A stretch of DNA of 63,821 nucleotides, filler included, from Basidioascus undulatus (taxonomy: Eukaryota), in the NCBI GenBank assembly GCA_000826855.1. It is 4 parts of 4 records of this genome, joined end to end, with 100 filler letters (N's around TTAATTAATTAA, not from the genome) between each part and the next. Parts side by side here need not be neighbours in the genome. Positions count along the whole stretch, not along the records: positions 1 to 15,006 come from JTLS01000671.1; 3 more parts are not named here. One strand, given 5' to 3'. A program made the translations under genes and the position numbers. Of this stretch, positions 1-11,600 are shown one piece after another (the stretch's first letter is position 1; every line of letters starts with the position of its first letter). Below the pieces are notes generated by a model. The model saw only the letters and a program-made list of their open reading frames with translations. It ran no database searches and was not told the origin of the DNA.

Positions 1-290
1 CCCCCCCCCCCCCGCCCCCCGTCATCCCGACTGTTGCCGGGGCCCCTTGGACGAATATCCAATAGTGTCCTCCACTCCGAATTAAGATCCTGTCAAATAA
101 CATACCTAAAGCTGAACCCGTCCAATCCAAGCGGCGAGATAGCCGAACATAGTGCGTGCCATTCCTCCCTCATCATATTCCGGTTCCGCGCACGCCTCTT
201 CCACCGTCGCCTCTTTCCCTCTCTCCACTTAGCCACCTCGTTCTAATCCCATGCTCCTTTTTTAATCCTTCCTCTTCGCTGAGATACGGG

Positions 291-625
291 GTGCCTCTGC
301 GCACTCCATCCTTCTTGTGAAGTCACGGTGCCTCTGCGCACTCGTTTGGTTTCTGCGCCGAGTGCCTCTGCGCACGTCCTTAAATTTTGCCATTGATTCT
401 TAGCACTCTATTTTTTTTCCTTTGGGGTGCCTCTGCGCATTCCATTTTTCTCCTTCCGAGTGCCTCCGTGCACTCGTTGCTCGATTCGTTTCCTATTCAA
501 GCTGCCTCAGCGCACAGCGTTAACCTTCTCACTATTGTGCTGCCCTCGTGCACCACCGTTCACACTTCGCGAGCCTCTCGGGGCTCTTGACCCCCATCAC
601 TTTAACGAACCTTGCCCTCGGTGCA
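291..625. repeat. Array of short degenerate direct repeats (GTGCCTCTGCGCA) separated by unique spacers
   Basis: Exact 13-mer at 291, 328, 362, 427; degenerate copies at 460, 502, 540, 612 (possibly 393). Start-to-start spacing 33-42 nt or about double that. Confidence 0.75.
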
Positions 626-904
626 TATGGCTCTGCGAGCTTTCGTTAAGTCGTCGAGTCTCTCGACCTTCCGCCACTTAGCCATGTCGCTTAAAAGACA
701 CGGTTCTCCTACCTTTGGGTGTCACTGGACATCTTCCTGATTCTCATATCCTCAGGTCCCTTAGCGCCGCCATCGCTCCTCATCACGTCTGCTGCTCGAG
801 TGTGCCCTGACCGTTCCGAGCGGCTGGCGCTGCCTGCCTGAACAGCGCCCAGCGTAATGTTTTCCACCCTCAGATGCCCTCCAAGAGCGACACACATCTG
901 TCCA

Positions 905-2527
905 TTACCGACGTCCCTTCTTCCCCTTTCCCGTTTTTCCTCCTCGCCTTCCGTCATCGTCATCTCCCCTTGCATCCGCCCCTGAGCGGGCGCCGCCTCC
1001 GATCTGCGACACCCACTGTCCGGATCCCTCAAACCCGTTCCTCGCATTTCTGACTGGATTCGCGGGTAGAAGTCAGCGCACTGGCCAGCAACTCACGCGT
1101 AACAGTACCCACAGTCTTCAAAAGCCTTCCGAACGCCCTCCTTCGTATTCAACACGAATGGACCCTCCACGACAACCTCCTGCTTGAGCGGCTCGCCAGC
1201 GAGCAGGAGTACACGCACGGCAGAGTTTGGGGGGGCGGAGATCTGGATCCCCGTTTCGGTGGCCTGCGCCGAGAGCAGAAGGGTGCATAGAGGTTCGTAC
1301 GGCTTGGGCGAAGACGCAACGAGGAGCGACCCGGAGAGGGTGAACAGGAATGTGTTGTAGCTTGGAGCTGCTTTAACTGTAAGCTAAGTCGATCGGGGAA
1401 AGGGGAAGACTGAACACACGGATGGACTGGAAGTACGAGGCGCCCGCATCGATGTGGATGTCGAGGTACCAGCACCCTAGATTGCTGTGTCAGTGCGGCT
1501 CTACGAACAGTACCAGGATGGCCTGAGCGTACGTACCTCCTACGGGCTTGACCGGAACATCTACACCGCCGGCCTGCCCACATATCACCTTGACCTTTAC
1601 GCCGCCTTCCTCGCCGCTCGGGTACGCGACAGGGATGGTCTCGCTCTTGATCTCATGATATGTTGCTGTTGAGTAGAAGGAGACTCTCATTTAGTTTATG
1701 TCGGCTCGCGAGACTACAGGTGGATTACACGCACGTTTGCACATCTTGTGCTGACGCGGCAGATCAGTCCAGATCTGAAGCCCTCGCGGATTAGGCACGC
1801 CTTTGCCAACGATCGGCATCCTGCGTTCAGTAGGTATGAAATCAAGCCATACCAGTTCGGATGGAAGAAGAAGAAGAAAGGTTGCGTACTCAGCGTGAAG
1901 GATTCCACGTCCAGCAACCATCCACTGGAGCGACCCGCTCGAGATCGTGCCGCGGTGACCTTTGCTGTCCTGAACACCCTCCCAGTCAGCTGCTTTGAAG
2001 GGGGTCAAGTATAGGTATGCGGTTAATCAGCTGACTTCATGCTGAAACGAGCCTTCAAGCCTGTCCCCCAGTAAATTGGTCAAGTTTCGCGACAGCTCTG
2101 CGACCCTCAGCCACATACATGTACGTGATCGTTGCCTGTCCACCTTTTATGCACGGCCATATAAGTACCGTGTCGGGATGAAGGTCACATAAGGGATGCA
2201 CGATGAGGATGATCAGGAAATCCGGCGCCTTTAGTGACGGTGAAGTAGTCGCACACCAGGAAGGGCGAAAAGTGCGGTATGGCCTCGCCGCCTAAGGAGC
2301 GTCGCACGCGCGCGTTGCGCCCCTCTGCTTGTTCCTGCCCCAATTCGATAGGCTCAGTGAGCTATAAAGAACTGATTGATGTGATACCGGTCGTCAGGAG
2401 GACGATAACGAACAGCGGGATCGAGGACCCGGGCAACTGTGCGCGAGCGAGATTCGAGAGGAGGCTGCTGTTGCGGCTCGGGAGCGGGCGGATTTGCCGA
2501 GGCAGGATATGGCCCTTCAATAGACAT
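905..2527 (-). CDS. Pirin family cupin (quercetinase-like), multi-exon
   Basis: Spliced exons read SRTVARVL, EQAEGRNARVRRSLG, PFLVCDYF, GFPDHPHR, GSLQWMVAGRGILHAE, GLQIWTDLP, LAGEPLKQEVVVEGPFVLNT and RNGFEGSGQWVSQIG. ATG at 2527, TAA at 905-907. Confidence 0.93.
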
Positions 2528-3136
2528 GACAACGCCAAGACGTCAACCTAAGTAAGGGGAAGAAGATGAAGGGCACGGCAGGATGAGCAGGTCGTGGTAC
2601 GGAGAAAAAAGGCTACAGTCAGACGCAAGTCCAGGCGCACGCCTTTGTCGGATGAGGCACTGTGAGGCCCCCAGTTCGATTCGCGAATGGGTTGACCGGA
2701 ATATTACGTGCGATGTTCTGCTTGAACACATATACCCCAACAGAGCGCATTGACGGTTACGGCTGTGCCTGTATCATAGCATTTGTCTCAAGCGCCGCTT
2801 TTCCGAGATCGCCAACTACGAGTGTCGCTCGGCGTGCCCGGCAGTCTTATGTGCACGGACATAGCGTCGTTTTACCGCGCCGCGCAAGCCCTCTCCTTCA
2901 CAGCCTCCTTTGGATTCTGAGCCTAGAGCGTACCCATGTTGCACCAGCTACCTCCGTACTCTCTGCTCTTTCCACAAGATTTCTGTGCGTACACTGCCTC
3001 ACCGAGGCATTTTGAGGATATAAGGATATATTAATTCCTCCAGAAGGGCTTTTTCTTGGAAAACTGAGCTCATAGTAATAATTGGATCTTCACATAATCT
3101 CAAAGGAACAGCTTTCAACAGCTACTCAAGAACGCA

Positions 3137-4146
3137 ATGTCCAGGCAGCAGAAGTACACCGTCGTCGCTACTCAGCCGGTTCGTCCTCTCCAAACTTCTC
3201 TTGACCCAGACGATCTCATGTCTTATTGAGCCTGATCTGACTTTATCATACCACTATTTCAGGGTCGCATGCCGATGATGAGCCGCAACCCGCTCAATGC
3301 GAAGGGGTTGCCTGTCGACAAGCACGGCAAGAGGGAATGGAGATCGGTCTCCGCACTCTTCGTCCGCCAATATTTGGAAAGCTGCTCTAATTACTTGGAC
3401 TGGAACATAATGTCAACACAGCAACGGACTCTGCGGGTGCTTCAGCGCGTGCGGGACGTGCTGTACCGCAATTTTCTGTCCTTGCATCGCAAGTCGATTC
3501 CTCTCGTTATCCCGAAGCGGTGGAACTGACGCGGTCATTCCATCATTCACCAGGTGTACGGCCGCAACAAGGTACTCCCAAGTTATCCCTTCCTCACGAT
3601 ACCAGCATCTGGCTGATCTAACTCTTCCGCACAGAGTCGGTTTGAGCACCTCGAGGACACGAACCAGCCCCATCCATCAGGCGTGGACAGCTGCAACTCT
3701 TCCTGTCGGTCTTTCATTACTAACCCATTATTTCTTTCTGTCATAGCCGGACTGACCACCCCTGCTGACTGACTAACTCTGCTACATCTTAACTCAGGCT
3801 GGCTCCACTGCCTCTGCACCTCATTCGGCTGCTTCGGCTGGTGCCTCCAGAAGCGCTCCCGCCGCAAGGTGCGGGAGCGGTACAATGTTCGTTCATCTCA
3901 CCTGATCCCACTTTCCCTTGTAACTGTCAGGTATTGAAAGTCAGTTGGTCTAGATCGAGGGCGGCGCGTGCTGTGACCACTTTGCGGCCCTGTGCTGCGC
4001 AACGTGTGAGCTTGTTCAAGAGAGGAGAGCGGTCCGCCTCCATTAAAGAAGCAACGGAATTACCTCTATACTCACTTTTGCCTCCCGGGTCGAACAGCCG
4101 GGATATCGAACTGGAGGAGAACGCGCGGCGGGGGAAGTGGAGTTGA
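3137..4146 (+). CDS. PLAC8 family cysteine-rich protein, multi-exon
   Basis: Exons encode REW-NGLCGCFSACGTCCTAIFCPC, VYGRNK, LQKRSRRKVRERYN, IEGGACCDHFAALCC and SRDIELEE, the PLAC8 pattern. Confidence 0.88.
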
Positions 4147-4693
4147 TCGCTGCAGCTGGCGTCTAACAGCCCCTACTTTCCTTCCTCTGTCACTTTTCGC
4201 CCTTCTTAGTTCTTGTAAATTCCTTTGAACATGAAGTCCGCTCTTCTTGGTAGCTATGAGAGATGACCGATGGCGTGCAGGCTACCTAAGACATGTGTGC
4301 CCATAACCTACGAGTCTCCGAATTCGGCATTACAACCTACTTAAACTTTATAAAACTGAGGCGTATAAGTGCGCTGAAAATACCAAATCAGAATGCCCCA
4401 GCAATGCTCTTGCTTCTTTCGTCGCTGTTAAAGAAGTGAACGGTGGCGAACCATGCGAGAACCTCGGCAAACAAATTGGACGTGTCCAGAAACTCGAAAT
4501 GGTATAAGTTTTGAAAAGGTAACGTTTACCCCCAGCATAAACAGAAATGGTTGTCAAAGTGAAACGATGGATAGCAAATTACCGACGCGGCAAGGTCGTG
4601 CCATCGCCGTGACAGACATTTTCTGAAATGCTCTTATCGACCAAGCCCACCAAGGTCGCCACTCTCACGCAACTCCCCAAAACCCCTTCAAAG

Positions 4694-5920
4694 ATGAGCT
4701 ACCCCACATGCGACGACGTCGGCACAATGTCCTCTCGTGCTACCCCATTTCGACCACCGTTCTCGTCCAGGATCAAGCGTCCAAGTTCGTCTGGAACATC
4801 AACTATCCCAGCTTATGTGTATCCTTACTGTCCTACATGAGGCGTCTGCGCCAGCTCAAATTCTTTACTCCTGAAAGAGTCGACTTTCACCTGTTCTCCC
4901 CCGACATACAGCAGTGGACGGGGCTCGCGAACGCGCTGGGGTCGCAACATCACGCCGGGCTTGGTTGGCTTAGCGGGAGAAAAACTCCTGGGGAAGATTG
5001 GAGAGACGTCCCGGTGGATGAGTGGGACGGTGTCGCGTTGCGCTGGGCGTACTACATGGTGATCGTCGCGGGCGGGACGTCGCCGGATCTTACTGGGTAT
5101 GAAGTACACCAGGCGACGTTCACTGCAGAGCGTGAGTCTTACAGAGCCTCTCACTTGATCTCAGACGAAGTGGCAAAGCAGGAAACTAACGCTGATTTAC
5201 AGAAACTGCGCCCCTCGCAACGCTCATTGCCGCATCGACTGCGAGCGCCGGGGGCGAGACGGCTCGCAGCAGTGCTTCTGCGACCTCATCACCAGACGGC
5301 TCCACCAGCGATGTGAGCGGGCTGAACGCAGGCGCTATAGCCGGCATCGTGGTAGCCATCGTCGTCTTACTCGCATTCCTGCTTGCAGCCACATGGATTC
5401 TGCGACGACGCCGGCGGAACGGTCTCCATTGACGCGGAAACGAGAGGGTTGCTTACGAGCTTGAGCTGAAAGAAACAGGTCAGAATCCGGATACCGAGAC
5501 GGTGAGTGCCTTTCTACGAGGTTAAGTTTTCCGTGGACTGTGTTGAACGTGGGTGGCAAAGACGCCGAGTCGACTGCCGCGCCTACAGTCGCGCCTTTCA
5601 GCGACTTCCCGACCTCAGCCAGCTCCTCGACGCCGCAGACGCGCCAGCTCAAGCGCCCCGCCGCTCCAGCTTCCGCCGATATCTCGGCTACTCCTGCTAC
5701 CCCTCCTGACACCAAGGCAACCGAAGCGGCCACCAGCTCGTCGATGCCCGCCGTCCTGTCTCCGACCGGGCCCGGGACCACCACGTCCGCGATAGCCTCA
5801 GAGCGTGCGGAACACGCCGAGGACGCGGGCATTTCGCTTGGAGGGGGCATGGAGTCGGACCGGGAGCAGCTTCCGCCGATGTATGGTGCTTGGGAGGCTG
5901 GTGGTGGAGGCGGACGGTGA
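4694..5920 (+). pseudogene. Single-pass membrane protein (Ser/Thr/Ala linker, AIAGIVVAIV TM helix, LPPMY tail), apparently frameshifted
   Basis: TM segment GLNAGAIAGIVVAIVVLLAFLLAATWILRRRRR is followed four codons later by TGA, yet a PPxY-type tail (EQLPPMY) lies downstream. A second frame change near 4725 separates MSYPTCDDVG from NVLSCYP...FVWN. Confidence 0.55.
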
Positions 5921-5984
5921 TGCATATGCTGCAAGCTTGGGAGGCTGGTGGTGGAGGCGGGCGGTGATACATATGCTGCAAGCT
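5888..5984. repeat. 47-bp tandem duplication spanning a stop codon
   Basis: GCTTGGGAGGCTGGTGGTGGAGGCGGRCGGTGATRCATATGCTGCAA starts at 5888 and at 5935, with 2 mismatches. Confidence 0.9.
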
Positions 5985-6168
5985 GTGGGCGCTGTGCAGA
6001 AGATGCTGGACCGTCCCGTTCAAACGTCTCTCTGGACCGTAAGATCAATGGAGACTGCTGCCGGTAGTAAACCGAGGATCAAAGCACGATGGAATGTGAT
6101 CAGTATCACTTAGGAGAACGCGATCCACATCCCGCAGCCGGCAACTGCAGCCTCGAAATGAATCCTCA

Positions 6169-6696
6169 TCATCCAGATCCATCTCCCCTCCTCTCCCCCC
6201 GCTCCTCCGCCTCCTTCTCCTGCTCAAAAGCCCTAATCCCCATCCCCCCTCTCCCCGCGCGCCTCCCCCAGTCCTCTTTAACCCCCCAAAAGTGCGCCTC
6301 CGCCAATCTGGGCGCGTCCTCCTTGCGCCTTACCCCCTCTCTCCCCCTCTCTCTCCCCTCCGCCGTCCTCCTCCCCACGCGCACGTACGCCGCTTCCTCC
6401 GCGAAGTCCGCGCCCCCCTCCGTATGGTCCGACGGCGGGGGGCCCTGTGGAGTGGAAGGTGGGGGAGGAGCGGAAGCGAGGGAAGTGGGCTCCCAGGGGC
6501 GGTGGGAAGCGTGGACAGGCGCCCACCTCGCCGGGTGGTCCGCTGTCCATGTCCGACCGGACATCTCCACGAGCCGGCTCACTGCGCGGCGGTAGGCAAA
6601 GCGCTCTTCTTCGCCGGTGAATATCGCGAGGTCCGCGAAGCCCGGTCCTCCAGATCCTGGTTCCTCATCCGCTTGCTTTCTCGGGCCCGCGCGTAA
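6169..6696 (-). CDS. Hypothetical protein, probable last exon
   Basis: Open frame LRAGPRKQADEE...FAYRRAVSRLVEMSG...GDGSG* next to a G-homopolymer at 6702-6716. No family recognised; upstream exons unresolved. Confidence 0.3.
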   Translation of the reverse strand, partial: LRAGPRKQADEEPGSGGPGFADLAIFTGEEERFAYRRAVSRLVEMSGRTWTADHPARWAPVHASHRPWEPTSLASAPPPPSTPQGPPPSDHTEGGADFAEEAAYVRVGRRTAEGRERGREGVRRKEDAPRLAEAHFWGVKEDWGRRAGRGGMGIRAFEQEKEAEERGERRGDGSG

Positions 6697-8184
6697 GAGC
6701 CGGGGGGGGGGGGGGGCGCGGGAGGGACATTGGGTGAATGCGAGAGGAGTGGGGAGGCGAGGAGTGCGACAGGGTGCGAGGGACTAAGCCCGCTCAAGAT
6801 ATAAGCTGTGCGGAAGCCCCAGCGAATTTGACAAGGTACGATTGGGGAAGATTGGTACAAGTGGCCAGCTGATGGATGCGAGCGAGCGATAAGTAGCTGC
6901 GTTCGTAGACACGAGGGGGAGCGGGCGGGCGTGGATTCGCGAAGAATGAGCTGAGGAGCGACGGCAAACACGATGGAAAGGTGGAGAGTGTGGATGGAGA
7001 TTGTGGTTTGCTATGCCATAAGACGGCACGCTGCGCTGTCGCCAGGCCGCTCGAACGTGATTGCGCGACGCGGCGATGTCGTTCCGGCATGAGGATCGGG
7101 CCGCGACGTCAGGTCCCACGTGTCGGGGACTGGTGCGGGACCCGATGAGGGCGGAGAATAGTTCCAAGCTAGAAGCCAAGATATTCAAGTTGCAACTATG
7201 GTCAGCGTCGATTAGTGGACGAAGATTGAAGGCGGTGCGGGTGAGGACAAAGGCGGTAAGGCGGGCGGTGAGGCAAGAGGACAGTTGAACTTGGTTGAAC
7301 TCGGTGGAACAATGCCCGCCAGCCCCGAATCACAACTTTTACTACAAGTCGCTTCGCTCGCCTCGTCCAACGCCTGCGGAACATTTGCATGACATATGAA
7401 GCAAGCTGATAACTGGACAAAACCCAAGCTGGACGTGCAATTCGGACAGGCAGAGGACGTTCAAAGATGTGGAGACGCAATAAAATTCGACGACGATGCG
7501 CACATAGCGGCCCTCGCCCTCCCACCTGCCCAAAAGCTTCACCCTCCAAAGTACAACCGACGCCGCCTAAATGAAAAGCGGAAAAAGCAAAGGGGGGGAT
7601 GTGGCCCTTAGATGGACCGCCGGCGCCCACCGAATCGGGCGCCGAGGTGAGTAGCAGGCTCCATGAACTTCGTCGACTCTTGCCTCGCACAAATAGGGTC
7701 ACGCGTAGGAGTACCGAACGCGACCCAGAGTGAAAGGAGGCTGGTGCTGTCTCGCGAGAGGGAGGAAACAAAAGAGAGAGGAGAGGGTGCAGACCGGATG
7801 GGGGAGGGCAACGGCGGGATGCATGGGTCGGTATGTACACGGCTGGAAGGGGAAGAAGACAATATTAGGGGATTGTTGTGATGGTATTGTGAGAGAGAAT
7901 GAGAGAGAATGAGAGAGAAGAGTGTGATGGGAGAGAGGAAGAGAGGGCAAGGGGAAGAGAGAAGACGCGAGTTCCCCCCTGGACCGAGACCGGCCCTGAA
8001 GGTCTCAGGCCCCAGGCGCGAACGCCGTCGTGCTTTTCTCGTCACCACCCACACTACCTTCTCACTACCACCTCTTATAACTCCCATCTCTACCCATCTG
8101 GTACACCCTCCCATATCCCCAGCAGCGCATTCCGCGGATTCCGGCCTTTTACCGACACTCTCCTCACCCCGTTCCCCAGCCAGA

Positions 8185-8519
8185 ATGGACCAAGCGAAGC
8201 TCGCCCGCCTCCAGGCCGCGTCCCGCACCGGTCCGTCTCCGCCTGGCGCCCCCGACGACGAGCTTCGAGGACCGGAGCGCTGATGTGGGACTGGGACTGG
8301 TGCTTGGGGTGTGGTGTGGTGTTGGGTGTGGGGAATGGGAAACAGGTGGGAAGGGCACGCCCCGGCGTAAGGTCGTCAAGAAGCCCAAGTCGTCGGGCGT
8401 GGACGACCAGAAGCTCCAGGGCGCGCTCAAGAAGCTCAACGTCCAGCCCATCCAGGGCGTTGAGGAGGTCAACATGTTCAAGGAGGACGGTAACGTCCTC
8501 CACTTCACCGCCCCCAAGG
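8185..8519 (+). CDS. EGD1: NAC beta subunit (BTF3), first two exons only
   Basis: Exon 8185-8230 [16 protein letters not shown]; intron 8231-8345; exon 8346-8519 [12 protein letters not shown]...[39 protein letters not shown]; donor GTGAGT at 8520. C-terminal half not seen in the window. Confidence 0.93.
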
Positions 8520-8685
8520 GTGAGTCAATCGCAGGAGGTGGGGGGTGGGGAGAAGGTGGAGGCCGGCAGGCGGGCGATGAAGGATCGGGCTTTTGGATGG
8601 GTGAAGGATGGGCGGGCTTGGGTGGGGAGATTGCCGTGCGGTGCAGGCATCGGCGTCATCATCCAGGCGTCTTCATTCCCCCGCC

Positions 8686-11600
8686 ATGTCCGCCGTCGTC
8701 CGCACCAAGTCCATCAAGGAGCTGTCCGCGCACCCGGGCGCGGCAGCCCGCACAGTCAAGAGCCTCTCCCTCGCCGACGCGGCCGCCGCGGCGGAGTTCG
8801 CGGAGAAAAAGCGCGTGTGGGTCCCCGATGAGGCGGAGGGCTACGTTAGCGGGTGGGTCGTCAGGGAGGACTGCGAGGATGGGAAGTGGGAGGTTCGGAC
8901 GGGGGAGCAGGTGAGTCGGTGTTCTCCTCTCTTTCTGCATTCTGTCTGGAGGGTTCTGGGTCGCATGGGATGGGGAGCTGTGTATTGAATGGATGTGATG
9001 CTGCACGCTCCAGCCTTCCGAGCAGCCACTGACTATGGACCACCGCCTCCGCACGCACAGACCCGCTTCGTCAACCCCGACGACCTCTCCAAGCAGAACC
9101 CGCCGCGCTTCGACAGCGTGCAAGACATCGCCGAGCTCACGTTCCTCAACGAGGCCTCGGTCGTGCACAACCTCCGCACTCGCTACGGCGCGAATCTCAT
9201 CTACGTGCGGCCGCTCCCTCCCTCCATTTCCGCATCCTCCTCGCGTTCCTTCGAGTCTTCCTGGTCGTTGCGGAGAGGCTAATGATGTGTGTTTGGGGGG
9301 TCCAGACCTACTCGGGTCTCTTCCTCGTCGCCGTCAACCCGTACCGCGACCTCCCCATCTACACCGACGCCATGGTCGCCGCGTACCGGAACCGGCGGCG
9401 GGAAGACAATGCGCCGCACATCTTTGCGGTTGCGGACCGCGCGTGGAACGACATGATTGCCGAGCGCGAGAACCAGAGCGTGCTCATCACGTCCGTCTCC
9501 CTACTTCCCCCCTCCCTCCTCCCCTCACCCCGCGTTTGACTTGGTGACTGGTGGGGTAGCGGCGAGTCCGGCGCAGGCAAGACGGAGAACACGAAGAAGG
9601 TGATCCAGTACCTCGCGGCGATCGCGTCCGAGTCGCACTCGCCGTCATATGACCCGACATCCATCGCGCACACGCGCTCGCCGTCCCGCCCGACCTCCTC
9701 CTTCCGGCGCCAGCCCTCGTCCTTCGCCCCTCCCTTGCCCTTCCCCGCATCCGCCTCCTCCACCGGCGCGCTCGGCTCCCTCGAGGCGCAGATCCTCCAG
9801 GCGAACCCAATCCTCGAGGCGTTCGGAAACGCCCAGACCGTAAGGAACAACAACTCGTCCCGCTTCGGCAAGTTCGTGCGCATCGAGTTCGCCAGCGGGG
9901 GCGCGATCGCGGGCGCGCATATCGACTGGTACTTGCTTGAGAAGAGCAGGGTCACGAACCGCGCGAAGGACGAGAGGAGCTTTCATGTGTTTTATCAGAT
10001 GCTCGCGGCGGCGCCGGAGGACATGCGGGGTGAGTTTGAGGCGGAGTTGAGGGAACTGGGAGAAGGGAGAGAGACTGATTTGGGGTTGGGCTTGGTGGGC
10101 GGGAAGGCGCGCTCTTACTCGAGGGCGGGATTGATGACTACGAGTACCTCAAGCACACGCGGCGCGAGGTGGACGGGATCAACGACCGGGACGAGTGGGC
10201 GCACCTCAAGGTCCGTCTTCCCTGTCTTCCCCTGCTCTCCCTTCTCCTTCCCTCCCACCTTTCCCATCCCCCACCCCGCACATCCGGCTTACCCTGCCCC
10301 CCACTCAATAGACCGCACTCGACGTAGTCGGCTTCACGCCCGATGAGCAGCTCGACCTCTTCCGGATCGTCGCCTCGATCCTGCACATCGGGAATATCAC
10401 GCTCCACTCCTCTCGCTCGACGGACCAAGCGTCCCTCTCCTCCCCGCACGCGCTCCAGCGCGTCGCGCAGGTCCTCGGCCTCCCCCCAAAGGACTTCACG
10501 ACCGCCCTCCTCTCCCCACGCGTGAAGGCGGGGCGCGAGTGGGTCTCCCAGGCGCGTACTGCGCGGCAGGTCGCGGACGAGATGGCCGCGCTCGCGCGCA
10601 CACTGTACGAGAAGAGCTTTGGCGCGCTCGTCGAGCGCATCAATCGCGCGCTGGGGGAGATGGAGGGCCGCAGGGCGGGAGCGACGTTCATTGGGGTCTT
10701 GGATATTGCGGGATTCGAGATCTTCCAGAGGAATAGCTTTGAGCAGCTTTGTATCAACTATACGAACGAGAGGCTGCAGCAGTTCTTTGTGAGTTTTGGG
10801 AGTTTTTTTTGCTTTTGGGGTGGGCGCGTAGCTGACGTGAAGGGGCACAGAACCACCACATGTTCGGTTCGTCTGATCTCGCGCTCGAGGAGGAGGTGGT
10901 GGTATAGGGGTTGGAGGCTGATGTAGGTGGTCGGTCGGTGAACAGTCCTCGAGCAGGAGGAGTATGCGCGAGAGGGCATCCAGTGGGACTTTGTCAACTT
11001 CGGTCTCGAGTGCGTTCAGTCTGCCCTTTCTCGCTGTTGAAAGAGAGCTAACAGCGCGCGGTGTTTGCGCTACAGCCTCCAGCCGACGATCAACCTCATC
11101 GAGAGCACGGACCCGATCGGCATCCTCTCGTGCCTCGACGAGGAGTGCATCATGCCCAAGGCGACAGACGTCACCTTCACCGAGAAGCTGCACGGGCTCT
11201 GGGCGGGCGGGGCGACGAAGGACATGAAGGCGTCGCGGATGGCGCACGACCAGCCGCCGAGCGAGGACGCGCTGGCGGCCGCGGGCAAGTACGCCCCCGC
11301 CAAGTACGCGCCCGACGGGTTCGTCATCCAGCACTACGCGGGCAAGGTCGAGTACCGCACGGAGGGCTGGCTCGAGAAGAACAAGGACCCTCTCAACGAC
11401 CACCTTACGCGCACGCTCGCCGCGTCGTCGGACAAGTACGTCGCGAGCCTGTTCTCGGACTATGCGGACGAGGACGCGGGCGCGGGCGCGAAGCGGCGCG
11501 CGGTGAAGAAGGGCGCGTTTAGGACCGTCGGTCAGCGGCACAAGGAGCAGCTGACGAGCCTGATGGCGCAGCTCGGGTCGACGCAGCCGCACTTTGTGCG

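Noticed and set aside
291..625. CRISPR array
   Set aside because: Repeats are only 13 nt and degenerate, the context is eukaryotic, and no cas genes are present.
8346..8700. In-frame NAC-beta-myosin fusion protein
   Set aside because: The phase-1 donor at 8520 is out of frame with myosin at both nearby CAG acceptors (8646, 8666).
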